From positions 55,986,001 to 56,050,000 of the forward strand of contig OZ024743.1 of assembly GCA_964016885.1 (NCBI GenBank): a stretch of 64,000 nucleotides of DNA, given 5' to 3'. Below the pieces are notes generated by a model. It saw only the letters and a list, made by a program, of their open reading frames with translations. It was not told the DNA's origin and ran no database searches. Below, piece after piece: positions 53,448 through 64,000 of this stretch. The position numbers and the translations under genes are program-made. The number at the start of each line of letters is the position of its first letter. Positions within the stretch are counted from its first letter, which is position 1. The stretch is from Eledone cirrhosa (taxonomy: Eukaryota).

Positions 53448-53983
53448 CACAACAAAGTACCAGAAATTAAAAAAAAACACGCTTGCCGTCAAATTTATCT
53501 TCTTCAGACAAATCAGATCGTGGCTCGGTTAAAAGTCAGTATCAATTAGGCTGAGGCGTGAAAATAATACCTGCTCAAATTAACGCTTTATAATGAAGCA
53601 GGAGCAACAGCATTAGCGATAACAGCATCACCAGCAGCAACAGTAGCTATAATATTAACAGCAGCATCTCAGCAGCTTCGCAAGATTTTTAATACATAAT
53701 CCATTATTTCGGTCCTCTTAACCCTTATTATACCAATCCAGCCAAAACCGGATGTCGTTCTAGGGACCCCCCACTCCCACCCCACCCACCCTATTCTAAA
53801 GAATTTCTATTTATATTAAAATCTTGTGACATAATTTTATATAAAAATCTTACATTAAGTCGCTATCTTAATGATGAAATAATTAATAATTTTAATAATA
53901 ATGGTGAAATAATTAATATTTTTAGAAAATCCCTCAAAATATTTCATTAATTTATAAAAATAACGTGCATTTCATTAACACGA

Positions 53984-54390
53984 ATGTTTGCACAGGCGGC
54001 GGTGGGGATACACACTCACCCCCGGCTTTCAGAATGTGTAATCGACTTGATCTCATTAGGAGGGAAGATTTGCCTATGGAAGCTTAGGCTAAAAGATAGA
54101 TCTCTGTGGCTGGTGCAAGTTAATGCACCAAACAAGGAGTCGAAATATAGATCCTTCCTTGATAAAGTCACTGCAGCGTTAGAATCGTTGGACAGATTTT
54201 ATGGGTAAAACTAACCGGCAAGAGACCCAGGAGCAGAACCCGAGCAAGATGGTTGGATAACATCCATGAGCTTGGCTGATCTCTCTTTGGGATCCAGCCG
54301 GATCAGTTTGAGATGGTTGCTTCTGGAAGGTGTGTTTGCGGACTCTGCCCTCACGACCCTCTCAGGAATAAGTGGGCGAAGAAGAAGAGT
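53984..54390 (+). mobile_element. Internally deleted RTE-clade (Expander/Rex3-like) LINE
   Basis: APE fragment AAVGIHTHPRL...LVQVNAPNKESKYRSFL joined directly to the C-terminal GKRPRSRTRARWLDNI and a (GAA) tail. Confidence 0.65.
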
Positions 54391-54526
54391 TACCAGCTGT
54401 TCCCAACCTATTGACTCCAAAGGACCCCTTTAATTTTAATGAATTTGTCCCATAGAGTACTCGCTAAAATTACCCCCTTTTCCCCTCCGGTAAGAACAAC
54501 AATCAAAAGAAATGATTGGACACTAA

Positions 54527-54716
54527 TAACTGTTTCGACTTTTGGCACAAGGCCAGCAATTATCCCAATGCATTACAAGTGCTTTATTTTATCGACCCCG
54601 TAAGGATGAAAGGCAAAAGTAACCTCGGTAAGATTGGAACTCAGATCATAAAGGGAAGTAACTCTATGCAGCAAAGCATGGCGTCTGACCCTCTACTGAT
54701 TCTGCCAATCCACCGA
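54527..54716 (-). mobile_element. Family 1 SINE
   Basis: Full-length match to the family 1 consensus. Confidence 0.8.
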
Positions 54717-55162
54717 ATTCAATAAAGTACTTGAAATTTTGAACATAGGTCATACACCTCAAGTAAGACCTTTGCTGACCCCCAGGCTAAGGACCACTCT
54801 GTTTAGCCATGGAAAGAGCAATAAGAAAGATTATTTTATTATTTAATAAATTTGTTAAAGTGACAAAGGGAAAGGGAAACAAAAAGAAAAGGAAAGGAAA
54901 TAGCAAAAAAAAAAATAGATAGCATGGGAAGGGGGAAAGGGGAAATACACTTTCTTGGCCGGAAGGAATATCTTTAGCTCCTCTCCGCGAACAGGATGGC
55001 GAAAGCATTGCCGCGGAGAGAGAAGGAGGTAAATATCACTAATTCTCTCTCTACTCACTTCACTGCAACAAGAAAATATTTTTTGAATCAGCGTGGACTT
55101 CTCAGATTTAGTTGGAGCGGATGACAATGATAAATGAACAAAGCCAAATTGATAGATATATT

Positions 55163-55195
<33 letters not shown>

Positions 55196-55248
55196 TTCTG
55201 CCTGTGTGTGTGTGTGTGCGTGCGTGTGTGTATGTATATACATACATA

Positions 55249-55364
<116 letters not shown>

Positions 55365-55370
55365 TATATA

Positions 55371-55437
<67 letters not shown>

Positions 55438-55451
55438 ATGTATATACATAC

Positions 55452-55621
55452 TAAATGCCATTGTTAATTAATAAATAAATCAACTAATACCTTAACACTT
55501 CACACAAAGTAAAATATTTCGTTTTAATCATTTTCTAAACCAGAAAAAAAGAGAGAAAAAAATAAAAAGGGAAAAAAATATTTTTTTCTTCCTAATAATC
55601 CTCCTTTTCTCCCTGTTTCCA
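55452..55621 (+). mobile_element. Solo inverted copy of the Penelope pseudo-LTR
   Basis: Reverse complement of 47284-47445, flanked by (TA)n. Confidence 0.85.
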
Positions 55622-55661
55622 TATATATATATATATATATATACATATATAAATGTATATA

Positions 55662-55751
<90 letters not shown>

Positions 55752-55767
55752 TAAATGTATATATATG

Positions 55768-55804
<37 letters not shown>

Positions 55805-55823
55805 ATGTATGTATATATATATG

Positions 55824-56436
55824 TCAGGCTGCTCTTGAGTGCTACTGGTAACATGTAACCCAGTACAACCTGTCGCATGGTCGGATCGTCGGCGACTAAA
55901 CCGGCGACCCCCACCAAGTTTACTTAGTGAGGAGGGTGATTTTGGACACCCTGCAGGACAAAAAACAAAATCTGACTAAGGATGGAAGAACTCATAAGAG
56001 TCAACGGCCATCCAAAAATGTGTAAATATGTCTATACATATGTATTTATATGTATATATGTGTATGCATGTGTGCATGTGTATGTATATGCGCGGGGACA
56101 TAGAAATAGTCGGGCTGGATATCCGATTTCGCGGTTAAACTATTGGGAGTGAAAGACTCCTTGTCTTTGCCAGGGCATTATTCTAGGAGAAGGCAACTCA
56201 GGAAACTGGGATAACTCCGATATAAAACCTGTGCTCAGTAGTTACCGATGATGTTGAGCTTTTCTTCTTTTCGGGTTATAGCTACTGTCGCTCAGAGAGT
56301 GGGATTGGCTCAGTGCACAGTCTTTCCTCACTTTTAAAATATTCTCCACGCACAGGCATTGCACGATAGCATTAATTAATAATTATTAATAATGTTATAT
56401 CATGCAATGACCATACTCGATAACGAGGCGGCAGCC
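55824..56436 (+). mobile_element. RTE-like non-autonomous repeat (copy 2)
   Basis: Colinear with 1495-2005. Confidence 0.6.
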
Positions 56437-56568
56437 ACGCATTTATACATCCAACTGTATAGATGTGTGTGTGTTTCTGCGTGATTATATTCATACATAC
56501 ATACATACATACATACATACATACATACATACATACATACATACATACATACATACATACATACATAC

Positions 56569-57778
56569 AAGGAGAACATATATGCAGAATTAATAAGGAA
56601 TCTCCAGATACTCCACCCTGACTATACCTTCAGATTTGTACCTATTATTATTGGGGTTCTGGGATATGTTAGTAACTGCCTCAATACAAATCAGAAAGAA
56701 CTCGACTAGTTAGGAAGTTACAAGTACAATCTATTAATGGAACTGTAAAAATACGTAAAACATTCCAAAAATTCTGTATATAATAACTGCATATACACAT
56801 GTACAGAATCAAAGCTTATGCACGTGTACACATATAACTCAAAACATCCATACCTGCACATATACACACACGCATGTAGACATATATTTACCTAATTGAT
56901 GTTATTTAAATTCCAGTGAAAGAGTCTTGTGTCTATGTTAGAAACCGGTTCTCTGTTTATCGGTAAAAAAATATATAATAATTGTTTCTACTTTTGGCAC
57001 AAGGCCAGCAATTACCCAGTGCATTACTCGTATTTTATTTTATTGACCCTGTAAGGATGAAAGGCAAAGTTAACCTCGGCGGGATTTGAACTCTGAATGG
57101 AAAGGAGCGTAACTCTATGCGTCAAAGCATGGCGTCCGACCCTTTACTGATACTGCCAATCCACCGCCCTAAAAAAATATATATAATAATGATTTCTACT
57201 ATAAGCACAAGGCCAGAAATTGGGGTGGGGAAAGGGAAAGTCGATTAAATCGCCCTAGTGCATTACTGGTGCTTTATTTTATCGACCCCCTAAGGATGAA
57301 AGGCAAAGCTTATCTCAACGAGATTTGAACCCAGAACGTAAAGAGCCGTAACTTAATGCCACTAAACACGTTGTCCGATGCTGTACCAATTCTGCCAATC
57401 CATCGCCCTAAACACTTTTTAAAACAATGAAACCAGAAGAACAATAATACATGTCAAGATAGTAAGACAGATACAAGAGAAGGAAGACATCTACAGACCA
57501 TGGAGTTTGCAAATCTACTACCTATAACCCTCATTCATTTTCATACCTAGTATTATTAGAGCTACAGGATATATACCAACTCATTTTGATCAAAATATTA
57601 CGGAACTTGGATTCTTGGGGAACGTACGCAGCTCGGTGTTTCATAAGTTACAAATGGTCACAATACCAGGAACCTTCAAAATATGTAAAATATCCTTAAA
57701 ATTTAAGGGACCGCGGCGATTTCCTTTTCTTAACAGCTTCGGTCAAAAATATACTCGACATTTAGTGAGAAACAAAAC
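56569..57778 (+). mobile_element. RLE retrotransposon 3' fragments (subfamily A then B) following (CATA)n, with two SINEs inserted
   Basis: [33 protein letters not shown]...KTFQKF*; second fragment FIPSIIRATGY...CKISLKF with the subfamily B 3' UTR. Confidence 0.8.
56980..57409 (-). mobile_element. Two tandem family 1 SINEs (short + long variant)
   Basis: TSD-like TAAAAAAATATATA(TA)AT around the first copy. Confidence 0.85.
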
Positions 57779-58244
57779 ATATGCACATATGTATGTATGT
57801 ATGTACGTGCATATATATATATATATATAATAAAATGATTTAACCCATTTGGTCAGTAGCTTTTGCCACAGCCTATCACGCGCACGCGCTTTCTTTCCCT
57901 CGTTTAAATTTTAAATATTTTTCTCCCCATAACGGCATTCCTGTCTTAACGACATCACAACTTTCTCCGCTTGGCCTGTTTCCCCCCTTTTGGAACTTTT
58001 CCCCCCTTTTGGAACTTTTCCCCCGTTGATGGGCGTGAGCCCGAAATATTGGGATTAAATCTCTACTACGGTAACCCTTCTACCTTTGTTTTGTTTTCAT
58101 CTTTGTCTCTCTCAATTTTCACTTTCACCTGTTTTTCCTATCTACATTTCACTTCCTACCTCGAGATTTCCCTTTGCATTGTTGTGGCTTTCTTAAATAC
58201 GTATTTTTACACATTTCACAATGCTTCAAGCAAACTTTAACACC

Positions 58245-58306
<62 letters not shown>

Positions 58307-58996
58307 TCAGCGAGAATTGCATTTCGGCGGGTAGAAAATGCGAAACGAAACACAAAAATCAGGATTATGCTGACAAGCGCTCAATAGTTAAAAAAACCAG
58401 AGCTAAACAATATGTTAAAACGCCATACAAAACTGAAAAAGTGGTCAAGAAAGCATCAACCACCTAAGCCAAAAAGCAAATCAAGCTAAAGATGTCAAAA
58501 CAAAATAAATGATAAAAAAACACAGACCTGGACCCGTTGTAATTGATGTTTAAATCCAAATGCAGGGTTTCTATGACACATAAATCAAAATACTGTCTGC
58601 TTAAAATTATAAGCTTTAGGTATAATGATCACGTTATCAACAGGTATTTTGCTCTGTACCAAAATTAGTGAATGATACAAAGACGCGTAAAAGCACATGT
58701 GTATTTCACAAGGAAAAAACCCCCAGATTTTGGCAAATGAATTCAGTATGTGTATACCATACAAAAAATTGCATAAACAGCACAAATCGAATAAGCACTC
58801 AACCAGGTAATTTTTAAAATAAGCTTATGCAATTAACCTGTCAATAAAATTATTAACAGGTTAATTGTAAGACTCGGGAGACTAATACAAATATAAATTC
58901 ACCGAGAATTGCATTTCGGCGGGTAGAAATAGCGAAACGAAACGCAAAAATCAGGATTATACTGGCAAGCGCTCCATAGTTAAAAAACCAGAGCTA

Positions 58997-59080
<84 letters not shown>

Positions 59081-59171
59081 GCTATTTCATGCGTTAACCT
59101 AATATATTCCTTTCATATACTGTACCGACTGTGTTGCTATTTCTGTTTACCTTTTACATACATACATACAT

Positions 59172-59261
<90 letters not shown>

Positions 59262-59814
59262 AGATATATATATATAAGTATTTATATAAATACATACATA
59301 TAATTATCTATGTATGTTTATACATACATGTATACATAAATATATCCATGTACGCACATAAATGTATATGTGTATGTGTGTGCGAGTGTGTGTGCGTACA
59401 TGCATACATATATGTACACATATATACATATATATATATTTATTTGTAGGTATGGATATAAATACATACACACACATATTCACGCATACATTCGCGCGAA
59501 CGCTCATGCCATAATGTGAATAAATATATATGTGGGATGGGGCTGGAAACAAAACATCATTATTGTAAGGTAATATATGTGACATAAGGTGTGATTGTAA
59601 CCAAAGTATTAAAGGTATTCGATGAATGCTACTGTTGAGATTTCCTCTGGATTATTTCTGCTAGCAGCTCTAAACCGGATTCCGTGATAACCAGATTCTC
59701 TAGATTCCTTTTGAAACGGGTCAAACTTAGATTCCACTCCAGCAGTTCTGTTATTTTTACCATTCCAGTGGAATGGAATGAACATCTGGCTGTTCACTCA
59801 ACAGAACAGTCTGC

Positions 59815-60065
59815 TGCATTGCACAGGCACGTGTACCCTTAATGCTATTCCCAGGAAAATCCAGCGTGATACAACGCGCCGACAAGAATCGAACTCTTGA
59901 CTTCAGTCTGCTCAAGAAATGGATGTGTAAGTGACTGACCGTTGCACAGACACGTGTACCCTTAACGATATTCCCAGGAAAATCCAGCGTGACGCAACGC
60001 ACCGACGGGAATTGAACTCATGACCTCGTAAGCCGAACACCCTAATCACTAAACCACGCGCCTTC
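59815..60065 (-). mobile_element. SINE remnants with an about 120-bp tandem duplication
   Basis: GCACAG(G/A)CACGTGTACCCTTAA...CCAGGAAAATCCAGCGTGA x2, box B-like GAGTTC(G/A)ATT, head GGCGCGTGGTTTAGTG. Confidence 0.55.
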
Positions 60066-60105
60066 ACATTACCACTATATAATCTCACCCACCAATCAAA
60101 ATAAA

Positions 60106-60260
60106 GGCGTGTGAATGCGCATGGCCTAATGGTAAGGGCGATGGACTTACGATCATAATGTAGTGGATTCGATTCCTGGGCTGGGTTATATGTTGTGTTC
60201 TTAAACAAAAACATTTCATTTCACGTTGCTCCAGTATACTCAGCTGAAAATGTGTACTAG
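60106..60260 (+). mobile_element. Family 2 SINE 5' half running into a satellite
   Basis: Box A TGGCCTAATGG, box B GGATTCGATTCC, TGTTGTGTTCTT...CATTTCACGTTGCTCCAG. Confidence 0.8.
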
Positions 60261-62403
60261 TATACTCAGGTGAGAATGTGTACTAGTATACTCAGCTGAG
60301 AATGTGTACTAGTATACTCAGCTGAAAATGTGTACTAGTATACTCAGCTGAGAATGAGTACTAGTATACTCAGCTGAGAATGAGTACTAGTATACTCAGC
60401 TGAAAATGTGTACTAGTATACTCAGCTGAAAATGTGTACTAGTATACTCAGCTGAGAATGTGTACTAGTATACTCAGCTGAAAATGTGTACTAGTATACT
60501 CAGGTGAGAATGTGTACTAGTATACTCAGCTGAAAATGTGTACTAGTATACTCAGGTGAGAATGTGTACTAGTATACTCAGCTGAAAATGTGTACTAGTA
60601 TACTCAGCTGAGAATGAGTACTAGTATACTCAGCTGAGAATGAGTACTAGTATACTCAGCTGAGAATGAGTACTAGTACACTCAGCTGAAAATGTGTACT
60701 AGTATACTCAGCTGAGAATGTGTACTAGTATACTCAGCTGAAAATATGTACTAGTATACTCAGCTGAGAATGAATACTAGTATACTCAGCTGAAAATGTG
60801 TACTAGTATACTCAGCTGAGAATGTGTACTAGTATACTCAGCTGAAAATGTGTACTAGTATACTCAGCTGAAAATGTGTACTAGTATACTCAGCTGAGAA
60901 TGAGTACTAGTATACTCAGCTGAAAATGTGTACTAGTATACTCAGCTGAGAATGAGTACTAGTATACTCAGCTGAGAATGAGTACTAGTATAATCAGCTG
61001 AAAATGTGTACTAGTATACTCAGCTGAGAATGAGTACTAGTATACTCAGCTGAAATGTGTACTAGTATACTCAGCTGAGAATGAGTACTAGTATACTCAG
61101 CTGAGAATGAGTACTAGTATACTCAGCTGAAAATGCGTACTAGTATACTCAGCTGAAAATGAGTACTAGTATACTCAGCTGAGAATGAGTACTAGTATAC
61201 TCAGCTGAAAATGTGTACTAGTATACTCAGCTGACAATGTGTACTAGTATACTCAGCTGATAATGTGTACTAGTATACTCAGCTGAGAATGAGTACTAAT
61301 ATACTCAGCTGAAAATGAGTACTAGTATACTCAGCTGAGAATATGTACTAGTATACTCAGCTGAGAATGTGTACTAGTATACTCAGCTGAGATTGAGTAC
61401 TAGTACACTCAGCTGAAAATGTGTACTAGTATACTCAGCTGAGAATGAGTATTAGTATACTCAGCTGAAAATGAGTACTAGTATACTCAGCTGAGAATGT
61501 GTACTAGTATACTCAGCTGAAAATGAGTACTAGTATACTCAGCTGAGAATGTGTACTAGTATACTCAGCTGAAAATGTGTACTAGTATACTCAGCTGAAA
61601 TTGTGTACTAGTATACTCAGCTGAAAATGTGTACTAGTATACTCAGCTGAAAATGTGTACTAGTATACTCATCTGAAAATGAGTACCAGTATACTCAGCT
61701 GAGAATGAGTACTAATATACTCAGCTGAAAATGAGTACTAGTATACTCAGGTGAAAATGAGTACTAGTATACTCAGCTGAAAATGAGTACTAGTATACTC
61801 AGCTGAGAATGTGTACTAGTATACTCAGCTGAGAATGTGTACTAGTATACTCAGCTGAGAATGAGTACTAGTATACTCAGCTGAAAATGTGTACTAGTAT
61901 ACTCAGCTGAGAATGAGTACTAGTATACTCAGCTGAAAATGAGTACTAGTATACTCAGCTGAGAATGTGTACTAGTATACTCAGCTGAAAATGAGTACTA
62001 GTATACTCAGCTGAGAATGTGAACTAGTATACTCAGTTGAAAATGTGTACTAGTATACTCAGCTGAAATTGTGTACTAGTATACTCAACTGAGAATGAGT
62101 ACTAGTATACTCAGCTGAAAATGAGTACTAGTATACTCAGCTGAGAATGTGTACTAGTATACTCAGCTGAAAATGAGTACTAGTATACTCAGCTGAGAAT
62201 GTGTACTAGTATACTCAGCTGAAAATGTGTACTAGTATACTCAGCTGAAATTGTGTACTAGTATACTCAGCTGAAAATGTGTACTAGTATACTCAGCTGA
62301 AAATGTGTACTAGTATACTCATCTGAAAATGAGTACCAGTATACTCAGCTGAGAATGAGTACTAGTATACTCAGCTGAGAATGAGTACTAGTAGACTCAG
62401 CTG
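60233..62403. repeat. 26-bp satellite AGTATACTCAGCTGA(A/G)AATG(T/A)GTACT, about 83 copies
   Basis: Period 26 (CAG at 60241 and 60267); contiguous units. Confidence 0.97.
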
Positions 62404-62492
62404 TTGGATGGAGAGATCTCTCACCCACTTTGGAGTGGGTGAGAGATGTTTTCTCTTGTGAAAGTGGATATAGCTTTCATTATATAAAATCT

Positions 62493-62686
62493 CGGCGGTG
62501 GATTGGCAGTATCGGTAGAGGGTTGGACGCCATGCTTTGACGCATAGAGTTACGGCCCTTTCCATTCTGAGTTCAAATTCCGCCAAGGTTAACTTTACCT
62601 TTCATCCTTACGGGGTCAATAAAATAAAGTACCAGTAATGCACTGGAGTAATTGCTGGCCTTGTGCCAAAAGTAGAAACAATTATA
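62493..62686 (+). mobile_element. Full-length family 1 SINE
   Basis: GGCGGTGGATTGGCAGTATCGGTAG...GAGTTCAAATTCCGCC...GTAGAAACAATT. Confidence 0.88.
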
Positions 62687-63014
62687 TAAAATCTCCCCAT
62701 ATTACCTTATTTCCCCCGTTGTGGGGCACTTTTTTCATGGTACTCCCCGTTTGGGTTTCTAGAGGTTGGCAGGTCTGCAGTGACTTCACGCCATAAAACC
62801 TGGATAAGTACTGGTCTGACAAGCCTCTTGACTTGAGACAGACTTTAGACTTAGAATCAAAATAAAAGCGGCGTTAAACGAATGAAACAAATATTTGATA
62901 TATTCCTTTCTTTCGTAGTCAACAAGATGTCAAGAAATACAGACTGTCTCTGTTGGAGACATTTCATATTGTCCATTATTATAGATTAACAACTCCTCTC
63001 TCTCGTAATCACAT

Positions 63015-63016
63015 TC

Positions 63017-63067
<51 letters not shown>

Positions 63068-63208
63068 CTTTCAGTCTCTCTTTCACTCTATCTCTCTCTC
63101 ACACACACACTCTCTCTCCTACCTCTCTTTCTCTCTCTCTCTCACATACCTTCTCTCCTTCACTACCTCTCCCTCACTACCTCTCCCTCTCTCTCTCTCT
63201 CTCTCACT

Positions 63209-63239
<31 letters not shown>

Positions 63240-63290
63240 ACTCTCACTCTCTTTCACTCTATCTCTCTCTCACACACACACTCTCTCTCC

Positions 63291-63325
<35 letters not shown>

Positions 63326-63472
63326 TACCTTCTCTCCTTCACTACCTCTCCCTCACTACCTCTCCCTCTCTCTCTCTCTCTCTCACTCTCTCTCTCTCTC
63401 ACACACACACACATCTCACTCTCACTCTCTCTCTCTCTCTCGCTCTCTCTCACACACACACAAACTCTCTCA

Positions 63473-63503
<31 letters not shown>

Positions 63504-63542
63504 TCTCTCACTCTCTTACACATACACACACACACACACTCT
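63015..63542. repeat. (CT)n/(CA)n-rich tract with an internal duplication
   Basis: Direct reading. Confidence 0.9.
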
Positions 63543-63789
63543 ATTTGACTCTGTCATCGATCTCTTTGTCTTATTCTTTATATGACACCACCACATTTCA
63601 CTGTCGTTAACTATTTCTTAGGTCAGCCAACGATTTTTGTCAAAACCTATGTTCATAAAACAATTGTATGGTGAATGGTATAGGTCAATGAGTGACACTA
63701 CAGTTTTATTATATTCACTTATTGATTGTAATCGTATTCCCGTCCTCTATGCAACATCGTTTTGCCATCAGCGACAGAAACATAACACG

Positions 63790-63897
63790 TGACCTAATAG
63801 TTAGCCAGTTGGATTTACGATCATAAGGTTTTGGGTTCGATTCCTGGGACGGGCGGCACATTGAGTTCTTGTAGAAGACTCTTCATTTCACGTTGTT
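63790..63897 (+). mobile_element. Decayed family 2 SINE head
   Basis: GGGTTCGATTCCTGG...CTTCATTTCACGTTG. Confidence 0.55.
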
Positions 63898-64000
63898 GTT
63901 TTTTTCCATGGTATGGTTTGGGCCCTTATTAAAATATTCGTGAAACCTCCTATGGGATACAACTTTGTAGTAGCTCTACGAAACCTGCATACGGGTGACC

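Noticed and set aside
56910-56955. Hammerhead in the RLE 3' UTR (GAAACCGGTTC)
   Set aside because: The upstream box reads CCAGTGA/CCAATGA in all three copies and there is no good stem II.
60233-62403. CRISPR-like palindromic 26-bp repeat
   Set aside because: Contiguous units without spacers; derivable from a SINE.
62690-62780. hAT-like MITE ends (also 8735-8800, 54393-54480, 57960-58080)
   Set aside because: Only single candidate termini; no paired TIRs or TSDs found.

Overview
AT-rich eukaryotic (metazoan) DNA made almost entirely of repeats. The dense (TA)n/(CA)n/(TACA)n/(AAT)n microsatellites and tRNA-derived SINEs suggest a cephalopod (Octopus-like) genome; this is inference. Almost all ORFs in the supplied track are microsatellite artefacts. 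Recognisable content: a near-full-length R4/Dong-type RT+RLE LINE (43.5-47.1 kb); a decayed full-length Penelope-like element with RT+GIY-YIG (47.2-51.8 kb, minus); Tx1 ORF2 and ORF1 pieces facing each other (38.4-42.1 kb); a mariner pseudogene; a Tigger-like MITE; CR1/RTE fragments; about 25 SINEs; several minisatellites; and a 6.7-kb open Thr/Asn repeat frame (mucin-like, or a cryptic satellite). The most striking unannotated signal is a set of small fold-back elements in (TA)n tracts that carry hammerhead ribozyme (HHR) motifs. One family has complete minimal type-I hammerheads, including a divergent pair in one palindrome. In two other families the palindrome axis falls on the predicted hammerhead stem II, suggesting ribozyme-hinged fold-back during Penelope-type retrotransposition. 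Also notable: an RLE retrotransposon that appears specific for (CATA)n, and a 26-bp satellite born inside a SINE. Coordinates were read by eye and may be off by a few bases.
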